Positions 37,401 through 52,400 of a stretch of 64,000 bases of DNA are shown here, in pieces. Below the pieces are notes generated by a model. The model did not search any database and was not told the origin of the DNA. It worked only from the letters and a program-made list of their open reading frames with translations. How positions within the stretch are numbered: position 1 is the first letter of the stretch; every line of letters begins with the position of its first letter. The position numbers were made by a program, and so were the translations under genes. The DNA comes from Lytechinus pictus (taxonomy: Eukaryota), in NCBI RefSeq assembly GCF_037042905.1, contig NC_087251.1:24740001-24804000 (forward strand). Reading direction: 5' to 3'.

Positions 37401-40400
37401 AATGGTATAGATGAAAATATAAAATATTTCTTTTTACTTGAAGATATTAACAGATTTGGTTCTTTGAGAAAAATGTATTCCAACAACAAAATGCAGTAAT
37501 GTCAATAGTCTTCTCTTCAGGTTAGTGCTTACAAATTCTCCTCACACTTATCATTGGATTTTATAAGACTAGCATACACACTATGTATACTCAAGCTTCA
37601 TTTGCTAGGAAGCATTCCAGCCATTCACTATAGGACATGCTCATAATGTTGGGCAAACTACAATGCAACTGTCAATACCTGAATGATAATGTCTTATAAA
37701 TATAATACTGCATTATCCAGGATACAAGTGTAGAGATATAAGATCAGTGAAAAATATCCCAAAATCCCAAAAGAAATTATGTTTCTTTACTTGAAAGAAA
37801 ATCTACAGAAAACAATTATTGAAAAGTTCTCTCAAAATGTAGCTTAATTCTTTTGTTTATAGATACGTTATGATTTAGGGCTTCTTGTAAATATAACCTT
37901 GTCCTAATTACTCACTTTGTCATTCTCTACAAGGTTATCTGTCTGGCAACCCCCTAGTAATTTCCCATATAGACTCCACACTATAGGATTAGCCGTCACC
38001 TGTGATGTGATCCTACCAAATAGCTCTAAGATCTTGGGTTTCAGTAAGCCAGCTAGAGAATCATGGGAAAATACACAATAAATTCATTTACTTCTGACAT
38101 TCAAAATATAAGCAATGAAAAACAAGTAATTCTGGGCTACATCCCATTCCAATGTCTAGGCACATAAGGATAATATTAAAGTTCAAATAACATACTGTAA
38201 TTAACATAAATGAAATAATCTGAAAAATAATAGTTATCTTAATATATTTGCAGCATTTTACAATGTTGTATCTGCATGGTTTTACAAACATACACCATAC
38301 ATTTAGAATTACTTTGTACACAAAGACATTTATCGTGTTTGGACCCCCTGTCTGTCTGTCTTTTTGTTTTCATAGTTTACCTGAATAAAATCTGAAATTA
38401 TAATATAGCTTTATGTATCCAAGGACTGATGCCAAGATTCCAGAAAAATAAAACCACAATATGAATCATCAATTAAGCAGCACACAATTGTCTCTGTCTC
38501 ACAAAGGATCTGAAAATGTAAAATCCCTACCCGGTTCACCATGGCGATCCTTCATGTCTTCAAGCACTGCTCTCACCATGACCCCAAGAACCGCTTCATC
38601 AACATACTTCTCCTTTAGGTCAAGGAGACGTCCAAAAGCTCTGATGCTCTCTGCAAACTCACCAATATCAATGCTCACCTAATGGAGGGGGTGAAGAGAA
38701 TATGGGGGGGGGGTGCAATGACAAAAATAAGGTGTGATGAAAACAAGGGATGAAGTGATAGGAAAAGTTACAGTTCAGAGTTTAACACTGATACAAAATA
38801 CATTGCTTTTGTCAATACCCCCTCTCTTTCTTCTTCTCTCCCCCTCTTTCACTCTTTAATTTTGTTTAACATTCTCTCCTTCTCTTTCATCTTCTTTTCT
38901 TCCATTTTCTGAGGAGTGAAGCCATTACATTCCTTGACCAAGTCCAAGACTGTCGGGTTTAAGCTCCCATGGGGAATTGTCATAATGAGATGCTGTTTAT
39001 CATCCAAAGTGAAATGGACTTTTATGCTATATAATTGCTATGTATATTCTTTTCCATTCATCTTATGGTATGAAAAAGTCATAATCTCACGATCACTGAT
39101 CTGTAATGGCCGAAATAAGGCAAAGGAATGTCTTTGATGTGATTTGATGGTACGGCATATTTGGCTTGGTCCTAACTATGCAGGTACTGTATGCTACAAG
39201 TATTTCCATTGCTTTTACATTTGTTATAAAAAAACAAAACAATATCAAACCAATAAGTTTTACAGTCTAACAAGAGGAAACAAAATTTAGGAGCCATCAT
39301 CATCCTCATCTAAGTACCTATTCTTATTCTTTTATCATTTATAAACTTATATACGGCATGTTTCTGAGAATGGACATGTTACATGAGAAAGCACAAGCTG
39401 ATCTGATATAAAGTCCCATATACTTACTCCGAGAAAGTTGTCCCATATTTTCCAGTTTTCATAGTTGCATTTGAGAGCTTCTTGTAAGGTTCTGAAGGCT
39501 TTGGGTCTGTTTTAAAAAAAACATACAAAGTGGTGTTGAACAAAAGTGAGAACACAGAAGCAACAGAGAAAGGGAAAGTTAAAGAAAGTGAGAGAAAAGG
39601 GCAAAGTAAAAAAAAAAGGAGAGACAGAGATGTAAATAGAGAAGGTAATATTTGGGAGTAATATATACAGAGCCAGCCACAAAAGGACAGAAAACCAATC
39701 AAACAGATACATCCATATATAAACCCCATCTTTAGAATGAAAATATAGTAATTAGTACATAGAGCACCTAAGTATGAAACTTCTCTGCAAATCACACTAT
39801 CAAGTTCATTTGCACAACTTTTGATTGATTCATAGTTATGTTGAACTTATGTCCAACAAAACTGTTCTTAGGATACTTCTTACCAGATACAGAAATAACT
39901 GGGAAGAGCTTCAATGATTGATTTATGAAAGAAGGACAGGGAATAAAATAAAACCCCTGAATTACAATTAACAATTCACACATACCTATTATGGGATTGG
40001 GATTCTATGACAGTATAAGCTCTACTTTTTCAGCTATTACAAAACACCTTTTTGATTGGAATACATTGCAAAATTTATGAATAAACAGCACCTTAATAAG
40101 TACAGAACAACAAGTGGAACGCCTCTGGCAGTCTCGCCTGCATTACGCGATTTAATATAGCAGCAGTGCTAACTTTGAAAACTACTATAAAATAATCATT
40201 CACAAAAACACCATTCATATAATGACATAATACCACGTTCATTGACCATAAATGACATTTGAACGGTGACTTAAGACTTGTCTACTACACCCATGTCCAC
40301 ATTTCATTCACTCTATCAATAAACTTTCAAAGTTATGATGGCAATTCAACAATTACCCCAACATGGCCTAAGTTTATTGACCTTAACTGACCTTTGACCT

Positions 40401-43400
40401 TGGTTTTGTGACCTGAAACTCGTACAGGATGTTCAGTGATACTTGATTACTCTTATGTCCAAGTTTTATGAACCAGATCCATAAACTTTCAGAGTTAGGA
40501 TGGAAATTTAACAAATACCCCCAACATGGCCAAAGTTCATTGACCTTAAATGACCATTGACCATGGTCATGTGACCTGAAACTCGCACAGGATATTCAGT
40601 GGTACTTAATTAAACTAATGTCCAAGTTTCATGAACTAGATCCATAAATTTTCAAAGTTATGATGGTAATTCAAAAAATACCCCCAACTTGGCCAAAGTT
40701 CATTGACCCTAAATGACCTTTGACCTTGGTCATGTGACCTGAAACTCAGGCAGGATGTTCACTCATACTTGATTAACCTTATGACCAAGTTTCATGAACT
40801 AGATCCATAAATTTTCAAAGTTATGATAGTAATTCAACAAATACCCCCAACTTGACCAAAGTTCATTGACCCTAAATGACCTTTGACCTTGGTCACGTGA
40901 CCTGAAACTCGAGCACGATGTTCACTAATACTTGATTAACCTTATGCCCAAGTTTCATGAACTAGGTCCATATACTTTCTAAGTTATGATGTCATTTCAA
41001 AAACTTAACCTTCGGTTAAGATTTTGAAAATAATTCTCCCAACATGGTCTAAGTTCATTGACCCTAAATGACCTTTGACCTTGATCATGTGACCTGAAAC
41101 TCGGGCATGATGTTCAGTAATACTTGATTAACCTTATATCCAAGTTTCATGAACTAGGTCCATATACTTTTTAAGTTATGATGTCATTTCAAAAACTTAA
41201 CCTTAGGTTAAGATTTGATGTTGACGCCGCCGCCGCCGTCGGAAAAGCGGCGCCTATAGTCTCGCTCTGCTATGCAGGCGAGACAAAAACTAAGAGATTT
41301 GTGAGATTTTTTAAAGATATTATGTGTAAACAGCGACTGGAAAGTACAGCCCATTGATATCATATAATTTTATTCGCACAGTAAAGGTAAATTCAAGATT
41401 TCATACATTTATTCTGCAATATGTAATTTAAAATTGTGAAAGCTGTGTTATTCCTTGGCCACTTTTCATAAAACTTTACCAAACTTCTTTCAATATTTTT
41501 CAAAGGTATAGAAGCATTTGGATTACAATGTCTATCAGAAATAAAGCTTAAAGATGAAGAAACCAACATGGATGAATAATTACTTGTCATTGAGCCTGAT
41601 GAAGGCTGTTGCGAGATTATTCCAACACTGATAATCCTATAGAAATACAAAAACATACGTCACAAGGAAAGAGTGAGAATGAAAAATAACAAGTAATAAA
41701 CAGATTAGATGTGTTTCCTTGAAAAAAAAAAATAAATACACACACACGCACATTCATCCTGTCACAATGGAATCTTATTTCAGGCCACATTACATAATAC
41801 AAAATAAACATCTAATGTGCTATACATTCAAAACAAGAGCTGAAGGTTGAAAGGTAAACATTTTTCATAGCTTGATCATATAATTTACTATTCAAGAAAT
41901 TGTTGAAAGTGCTAACATTGCGCTAACACAGACCCCGGTTACAATTGGTAATGCAACAGCAATGCCTTATGTCACAGCAACGTGTTATTTACATGTACAT
42001 CATTTGACATCACAATCTGAAAGATGTGACTGGGTCTACTGTTAGTACTCTGTTTAAATAGCGCTACAAACGTTTCTGTGCAGCCGGTACGGAAAAGACT
42101 TGAAAATTAGAACATAAACTTCCACAGCAGTGCCACACATGCATCAAATGAGAATAACTAGCTATCACTCCTCTCTAATCACTTCCTGGTTAAAACTTGA
42201 CCTAGGGCTATATGCATTTTTATTGATAATAATAAGTCAGTTTCTTTCACAACCTTAATGGTTTTTGATATACTAAACAAGACCTGTGCCCCGTCTTACA
42301 AAGAGTTACGATAGATCCAATCAATTGTAACTCTATGGAAATCCATCAGTGTCATAATTTTTTCTACAGGAAATTTGCACAATGTCCTTTGTAAACAAAG
42401 AGAAGCACAGTGAATTTTCAAGAAAACAATGAATACATGAATAAACATCATAGTTAGAAAATATTTTGAAGAAACATGCATAATAGATGTTGACGTTGCT
42501 GGCTGTCCATAGTTGTGATTGATCGGATCAATCGTAACTCTTTGTAAGATAGGGCCCAGGTTGCAGATCATCATGGAATTCATAGTATGTTTATTACTGT
42601 CACTAACGTTAATTATTTGATTACTCACATCTGTTTCAAGCTGTACACATCGACGGTAAGCTTTAATGGCTATCTCATACTTCTCACTCTGGAATGCACA
42701 ATAGCCAAGACTGAACCACGTACTATACTGCATAATAATAACAATAAAATATATGAAACACAAGTTCAAAATATAATGCAACTATTGATCAGTTTGATTT
42801 TGATATTGTATTGAAAAATTAAGGACTATATATCAATTGATGTTATTCAGTCAAGGTAAATTTAAGTATGAACTGTGGATGACAGCATTATAACAACCCT
42901 GTTGTATACTCAAGTGATTTAAAAATGTTGAATATTACCATCAAGTGAGGCATTGGGTGTTAAATGTCGGTCTTGAGTAAATCAGGTAAATGAAATGACC
43001 CCCGCCCCATTTCTGGGAAATGAAAAAATTCTAACCACATTATAATAATCTTGAGATATACTTAAGACATACGCTGCATATATCTAAGCACTGAGAGATC
43101 ATTACTACCCCACTCATTGGTCAACTAAGGTATTGTGGCTGATTTTTACTTTGCCTCGCATCCAACACCAAATTCAACACCATACTTGAAATTAACCAAA
43201 GTCCTTATCAGTTCCGGGTATGCATTGAGCAGTGAAGAATGAACAATAAAGCAAATAATATCACAGCATGAAAATAGAAAAAGAGATAGACTTGCATGAC
43301 AAAAGATAAATTTACGCAGTCCACACATACCTGAAGATAGTTCCTTTCTAATGACAGCTCTAAACACTCTATTGCCTTGGGGAATTCCTCTTCATGAAGA

Positions 43401-46400
43401 TAGAGTGCACCTAGTGAACTCATCGCTCTTGCTGACTTTTGACCAGACACCTCCCATGCCTTCTCGTAATACTTCTTCTCAAGCGTCACATCCCCTAAGA
43501 GGCACCACATGAGGGCGGTCTCCTTCTTAGCCAGCTCATGCTCGATTATGTGGATGGCCTGTACCAATATATTCAAAAGTTAAAGATTCAATGACATATT
43601 ACGAGTAAATCTGTAAAAGTAAGAAATAAGATCTGTGCATCTGTATAGTTTGCGATGCAACTTTGAAGTAACAAGATACCCAAAATCACTCTTGACTGAC
43701 TAATCGTGACATTGTAGCCTGTATCATATTTTACAATATCAAAGAGTGAACTAAATCAATTTTAGAAATGGCATTTAATACACAATGTTTCTTAAAACCC
43801 TCTACTCCTAATGCTTTGGTAAAGTATCAGCAATGTAAATTATAAGTATCATCTAACATTCAAATATTACATAAGAATATTTGTCAGCAGTTACGATTCA
43901 AATTTGGCATCTAGCACCCCTCTATCTCTCTCTTATGTTTTTAGTTTAATTAAAAATAGCCCTTTTAGCACTTGTTTTACATTTCTAATACTTAGGTGTT
44001 AGAAAGCTACATACAAAGAATATATCCTGAAATTTTAAATCTATTCCAAGCTTGAGAAGGGGCATAATATAAACAAGGAAAAAATACACATATATTTTAT
44101 TTTGAATGGGAAACCAATTGAAATTAATTTCAATGTAAAATCTAAAAATTAATGCAATAACACACATTTTAGAAATATATTCTTCACATCATGACCATTT
44201 TATGCCATACACATTCATAAACTAGTAATGAATTGGAATAGTGACATGCACTTTTGGGGAATACAAAAAAAAAAGGCTAGAAAAACTGAAAGACAGAGAG
44301 AGAGAGAGATGGAGATTTGGAAGGAGAGTGAGGGAGAGGGGAAGTCGGAAAAAGAAATGGTAAAAGTGCAAGAAGCATACCTTTTCAGGCTGCTTCATGA
44401 TCTTGTAGCATTTCACCACATCTTCAAACAGCTCTAGTCTGATGTAGACCTCCAAGGCATCACTCACACAGCCTATGCTTACAAGCAATCCTGCTAGCTC
44501 CCCCTTAATATCAAACAAATACATATCAACAATATTAGACGTCTATGAATTGATAGATGGCAGGAGGAACAATCTTTTCATTCTAATGTCCTAATTCATA
44601 AAGGCTTGTTATTATAACAAATGCACAATTTCCATACCAAGTTTACCATCAGCCAATCTGTTATTGCAAATTTGTTATTATAACAAGTTTTCTGAAATAA
44701 GGTCCTTATCAGAGATGACAAGGAAAGTTCTTTGATCATGAAATACTTGTGAAATATACTTGAGAAGAATATTTATTCATTTATTTCCACATATATATGA
44801 AAATCAACAGCAAATTTGTACAAGGCAAATAAAAACAATTAAATGCATGAAATAGATTACATGGATGGATAGATGGACACATCACAGCCAAATATGGATA
44901 AATGTGCATACAGATGGATAGAGACAGAATGAAGCAAGATTAATAAAACAATGCTGGATAAAAACAAAAACAATTTAATTACTGAATTCTATGATGTTTT
45001 TATCCGCTAGTTTGGTAGCCGAAATAATGACACAACAGTTATGATTACATGGTATTGGTAGCGTATATTAATGCGTGTATCAGCTCCATGCATATCACAA
45101 TACATTGTACACATGTACTAGTATCTGCTCATTCTGACTCATAGCAACCACAGTATGGAATGCCATTGGTGCTGCTATTCAGATACTACAAATTCATTTC
45201 TACACAATTAATCATAGGTTATATATATAAATGGTCAATACTATACACAATTCTGTTATACCTCTAATGCCCACTTAGGAGGTAGGTTGACAGCATAGAA
45301 GAGTTTTAATCTCTCTCTTACAGGACAAGTTGTACTCAGAATTTGATCCACCAGAACCTGAACAAAGGATCAATACAAATTACCATTACTCTATATGCTA
45401 CAAATATTGCCTAAATAAGACAGGAAGGTTAAGATAGTATGCTTCCATGTTTTTTATTTCCTTTGTAAGTGGATACAAATATCAAGTCTATGCAATATAA
45501 TCTCATAAGTACTTTACAATCAATGCACACTTATGGCAAGATATTCTGCCCACTTCTTTCATATGAAGTAATTTCACCCTGTCCTGTTGATTTTGTGATT
45601 CACCCTCTCCCTCAAATAAAAGCTTTCATGGGCATCCATTTCTTTCAGTTAAAGCTAATCAATTATAATCATGACATTAATCTGTGTAATGATTTATCAT
45701 TCAAGATATATATGTTCGCATATAAAGTCATGATTTTATAGATTTTTAAGGAAATAAATAAATTAGTATATTATTACGAGTTTTTCCCTTGGTGCCTCTA
45801 TGAAAACATATAGATGGCACATTTGTATGTATATGTCATCATAACAAAAATATATGTTATGGAGCAAAACTTTCGAAAATTATCATTTGTGTTGGTGAAC
45901 CACTTTAAAAATTTATCACTTTCATATTGTGTTCAAAATTTCACGAATTTGTTTTTCTGATTTTTTTCTCCTTTCTTTTTAAACAATTTAAAAACTTTTG
46001 GTTTACACTTTTCTCATATGTCTTTTCTAAAGTCATTGTTATTTTACGAAGATTTTAATAAAACTGCCCCACAGTACCTGCATTTGCATCATAGCACGTT
46101 CCACAGTCCTTCCTTTGTCCTTCTCAAGCAAACATCTGAGTCTCAACGACAGGGTTTGTATTATCCACATCTGCGGTTGTCTCAGCAAACCCTTTCAAAT
46201 CAGATTAAAACAAACTGTCAATAAATGTTCAGATTATTTTAAAAGAATGCAAGCATGCTTGATTGCTTTATGTTTATAAAATGGAAAATATTGCTGTCAT
46301 CTATGTTGGAGTATAAATATGATAAATTTGATATGTCTAGGGCAATGTCATAAAAAATATATCAAATGCAATCTTTACTATTATCGTTAATATCGTATAC

Positions 46401-49395
46401 ATGCATTATTGTAGCTGTTGTTGGTCACAAATTGATTTTATATAGCTTTTTGATAGGAAATCAATATGTTTTCATTCAGGATTGATATACTACTTATTAA
46501 TGTTATTCAACAGATCAAAAGTAAGATGGACAAGGAATATCATTAGGAGACTTCAATAATACAAGAAATATCACTGGTGGGGATTACTGCTTCTGTACTA
46601 CCATGATGGCCTTACACAAGCAATATAGCAGCATTTTTACCATGACAACGCAGTATCCAGTTCAATCCAGTATCGGTATTCAAAACATTGAACAAGTGGA
46701 TCGCCTCTGCAGTCTCACCTGCATTATGCAATTCAATATAACAGCAGTGCTCACTTTGAAAACAACTATTGAATTATCATTCACAAAAGAAAACATTCAT
46801 ATGACAATAAAATATTATCTTAATTGACCCAAAATGACCTTTGACCTGAATCATGTGACCTAAGACTTGTGCAAAATAATCAGTGATACTTAATTACTCT
46901 TATGTCCATGTTTCATGAACTAGATCCATAAAATTTCAAAGTTATGATGGCAATTTTCCAATAAATGCCCCCTACATGGCCACAGTTTGTTGACCTTAAA
47001 TGACCTTGGTCATGTGACCTGATACTCAGGCAGGATTTTCAGTGATATATCATTACCCTTACGTCCAATTTTCATGAACTTAGTCCATGTGCTTTCTATT
47101 AACTTATAATGACATTTCATAAACCCTTTGTTAAGATTTCAATGTTGACGCTGCTGCCTCCGCTCTGCCGTAGGAAAATCGGCGCCTATAGTCTTGCTCT
47201 GCTATGCAGGTGAGACAAAAAACTATGTGTTACACTTCTTCATTCCAACAATGATGTGTGTGCAAAGCCTCATGGGAAGTAGTTTGTGTATTGATGAACC
47301 GACCAACTGCCCTACTGTATTCTTGTAGACCATCTTCAACGAGTATCGTCAGATTCAATTACTACTTACCACTGCATATGACATCAACTCTTCAGACACA
47401 AGTAGATCCTTTGGTCTTGATCGCTTGTGTTCCATACTGTAATCCATTTGAACATTAAAGAAAATAAAAATGCATCTAATTGATGGAACAATTGTACCCC
47501 TGATGTGGATTGCAACAATTATTCCTTTAAGAAAGATTATTACTTAGTTATGGTTGCAAATCTTATCAAATCTGGATATGCAATATTGAGATGACCCATA
47601 CTTCGTCTACATGTATATTAAAATGGGTACAAAAGCACAAGTAAAATGTTTGAAACATTGCTGCTGAAACATTACAAGAATTCATCTATAATTAGATGAC
47701 TGGCCAATTTACATCATCATCCTTATTTTTACATGTACAAAATCGATTAAACATCACAAACAAAATCAAACCTCCAATTAAAAAAAAAGGATTTTTTTAT
47801 ATAAAAAATAACTTATATTATTCATCATCATATAACTTCATAACATCATCTTACGGGGTGTTGCAAGAAAATATTTGCAATCAATTGCAAATATTCTGTT
47901 GCAACTACACAACTGATTTTACGTTAGCTGTAGCAAATCAGATTAAACTTTTCGTTTCAAGGAGCAGATTAGCAATCAATCACTAATTTGCAATTAACTG
48001 CAAGACATATAATTGATTTAGGGACCAAAAATAGACTTGCAATTGAGCGCAAGTTTCTTGCAACACCCCATTAGTAATATTGAAATGAAAATATCCAATA
48101 GACCAGAATGCATTTGATAAAAGCGCCCTCTCAGTAAGCCATCAGGAAACCAATGCAGGTAATATAGAAATTACAAGGGCAGCACAGCAGGTGATATGGG
48201 GACTCAAGGCAAATGAATAGTTGTCTTTGGCTAGCGCAAGGGCTATTTTCTAACGAATAGTGGAGAGAAAATTAATTTATCACAGTATTCATTTCAAAAG
48301 TGAATCATCTTATCTTACCACACCCCAAGGACGATTGCTTGTTCTAGACTCGTTAGAGGAGGGAGACTTCCTTCAGTCTCTTCTTTGAACTTAATGGCAT
48401 TCAATACGGTATCATCATCAAGATTCAAATCCTGGAGTAAAAAAAAATGATTTCACACAAATAATCAGTAAAAGCATTTAATGTGAATAAATCATAGAGC
48501 AGTAGAGGTACAGATATGTCTTCAGTTCAATTCCCCGATCAACACTTTCATTTATCCATTATAATGAGATAAAAATTGAAATTAAGAAGATGCTAGAAAT
48601 TTCATACATAGTGAAAGTGCCTTTTTTTCTCCAAATTTGAAATACATCATAAATGTATCAATATGCATCTGTAAAACACCCTTCAACATCAACAGGTAAC
48701 TCAACCTGTATCATAACCACTATAAGTGTTACCACATATTACAGTACGGTAATCATCATCATCATCATCATCATCAACATCTTCATCATCATCATCATCA
48801 TCACAATAATAATAATAATAATAACAGGCATTTATAAAGCGCTATCTATCTAGAAATAATCTATGACAGGCTCAAGCCATAATTCCCAATTACTAATTTA
48901 GTTTTTCTCTCATTGGCCAATATGTAGCTCTGAAAAAGCTTTTATTTGAACATTTCATCATTGGCCATTTGCCACTAATTACATACCTTCGGCAACCATT
49001 CTGTGGAAGAAGGTAATGATTGTAACGCTGATTCTCTATCTCTTTCATCATCTCTTGTCACTTTAAGAATAAGCTGAGGTTTATCATCAACCTGGAATCG
49101 AGTTCTCTTCCCGAGGGCACCTACAATCATAGCACAAAAGGTTATATACTCCATTATTAAAAAATAAATAACTAAATAAAATAAATCCTTATAATGATAT
49201 CTTTTCTAGAGCTGATTCAAATTTATTTCCTTCTTGCTCTTTAGTAAATAATATGACATATTTTGTGTTATGAAAAAAAATTATGAAGAATATATTTAAA
49301 AGATTCACTTTAAAAACCATAACATTATATTTATGCAAGGACACTTTCACAGAAAAAGGGAAAAATATTTGATTTTTCAAACCTATCCTTAAATC

Positions 49396-49442
<47 letters not shown>

Positions 49443-52400
49443 CTTTTTTGGGGGGAGGGGGGGGGGGCAAATATGAAATATTCACAATGTATTTCTTTCT
49501 CTTCTTCTACTGTCTGGTATCACCATTCAATACAATGTTTTATTGATAAACTCATGAACAAAGTTAAAAACAGACTAGAAATTTGACGTGTCCAAAGGAC
49601 ACAGATGCCCCCGCTTAATGCGATCAGAAATTCATTCAATATGATTAAACTTAATATCGTGCAGAAACCAATATAATTTAGACCTTTGAACCAATTTGCA
49701 TATTTAATGACCTTTGACCTGCGGACTTCGAATTTGAACTTAGCCTGTATTTTGGTGTCATCTACCTACACACCTAATTTTTTTTTAATCTGTTGAATAT
49801 TTAATAAGTTATCATGCGGAAACCTACTCGCATATTTAATGAGCTGTGACCTTTGACCTCCAGACACCGAATTCAAACTTACCCTGTATTTTGGTGTCAT
49901 CTACCTACACACCAAATTTTTTTTAATCTGTTGAATATTTCATAAGTAATCATGCGGAAAACAACACGCATATTTAATGAGCTGTGACCTTTGACCTGTC
50001 GACTCCAAATTCGAACTTAGCCTGTATTTTGGGTGTCATCTACCTACACACCAAAATTTTTTTTAATCCATCAAATATTTTTCAAGTTATTGCGCGGAAA
50101 CCAACTCGCATGTTTAATGAGCTGTGACCTTTGAACCGCGGACTCTGAATTCAAACTTAGCCTGTATTTTGGTGTCATCTCCATTAAATATTTTTCGAGT
50201 TATTGCGCGGAAACCAAGTTGGGGGACGGACGGTTGGACAGGGGCAACGCTTAATGCCCCCTCCGGACTTTGTCTGCGGGGGCATAAAAATGTGAGCACT
50301 GGACAAGACAATAGTATGCATTAATTGTACATATAAAATGACATATAATAAATAAATCATACAAGTTTTATACCTAATTGACACTAAAATTCATTAACAT
50401 TAATTTTTTAAACATTCGTTTCTATATTTACAATCAATTTTAAATTTGTAACTCACCTGTCAGTCCCACTTCTATTCCAGCCAGCTTTTTGGCATTTGCT
50501 ATGCATTCAGTTCCCTTCTTGTATTCATAGTAATAGGTAAAGATATAACTACATTCCAGATGAAACATCAGAGGAATAGAGAAGTCTGGTTCAGGAGACA
50601 TCAGTACCTCATCTTCTTGGACTATTTTACATTAACAAAAATAGAAATAAATCACTACATTGAAACAATATTGCAAATATATAATGCATATTTCACTGAA
50701 CAAGTGTACATTAAATTCCATTCATTTTTTAACAGGAATAATTTGAACAAATCATTTTTTTTCATACTTCTAAATTGTTATATTTTCATACTTCTGCCAG
50801 AAAGTTGCATTTATACCCCTCTCCTTCTTTTTGGAGGGGGGGGGGCGTAGTTATGAGTGTGATAGAAAGTTTTTTAAATAAAAAACATATAAAATAAAAA
50901 AAATCATATTTGTGATATTTCACTCTACATTTTGTGAAATATCATCACAAATAAAATTTGGTTGTTCAGAAGATGAGGGGTTGTCTTTGGAAAGGGTTTC
51001 CAGATGACCTTTATTGTAGAGCATGGTGCAGAGGAATTTGAAGCCCTAAAAAAAAAAAAAAAAATCAGGGTTGATAAATACTCATTGCATTGTAAGTCAA
51101 TATCGTTATTTTCATTGGATTTCCTAAAATAACTGACTGATTTGGCTTCTACATGCAATATCTACAAAAAGTTGATTACTTATTCAAATTCTTTTTATTG
51201 TTAGGCTGGTTCACAAATTTTCAAATAAATTTTCACCAATAGTGCACCATATCCTACAACATCAACTCTACAAATCTGTGCCTCTATTTGCCACTGATGA
51301 AAACACACTTACTTGAATTGATTAATGGTAATATGAGACTGAAGAGTTGAGGTGATCTCTCATCTAAGAGTTGTTGCTGTACCCATAGACATCGTAACCT
51401 CCACCAATCTGCTGTCTAAAAAAAGGCCAAAAAAAAAATCAAGAGAAAGAATTATAAATGATACCTAGAGTACCACAAACCTCAAAATAATCATTGTTTG
51501 TTTTAATTAAATATCACAAAAATTTCAATGTTCATATTTCCAGTAGTTTACTCCAATGAAGATTATACGTAGAGACAATACATAAAAAGGATTGGTTACA
51601 ATTGCACTGTGCTTCAAGTTAAGAAGAAATTATTAAACTATAATTATTTCATTAAGATAATTCAATTAGCAAAGCATTAGGTTTTATGCAAACTAAATGT
51701 TATAATGATAATAATATTGCTCACCTTACAAAGGGCAACATGATCACTGGATTCTATAAAAACACAACGTGCAATAAGAAGTAGTTCCGGCAAGCAAACT
51801 AGAGGATATATTGAACAATCATCAGGACAGAGGGCAGATTTGGCTACGTCCCGTATATCTTCATCCTGTGGAAAGTTTGAAAAAAGACAAGGCAAGAAAA
51901 GGTAATGAATTTTACATCATAAGACATAAATATGTATTTACAGTGTAGATGTATATTTACCCGTTTCTTCTGAAAAATTGAAAGAATTGAAACAAATGGG
52001 TAATGAATCTGAAAGAAATGGTATAATTCATTATTTTCATTTAAGAGGAAAAAATGATTAAATCATTAATACATCAGATGCTGGCTTGCTAGCACGTACA
52101 TGTAATATAAACAATGTCTGTAGTCTTTGGGGAGCATTCCGACAAAAGTTTCATAACTCAATTGGCATGCATACTATATTGGCATTTGTAGCATCCAAAG
52201 GTAGAACACCTTCTCTCTAATTTTTAAGTCCAATTGAGAAATAATACTAGTATAGTACAATACTTTCTATTCTTACAAAACAAAATAAACAGGAAAACTG
52301 TACATTAAATGGGATCACCCTGACGGTTTTAACAAAAGCAGATAAAATAAGCAGCTCTTCTATGTCTTTAGATTAATAAAAACAATATTTGAAATTCTAC

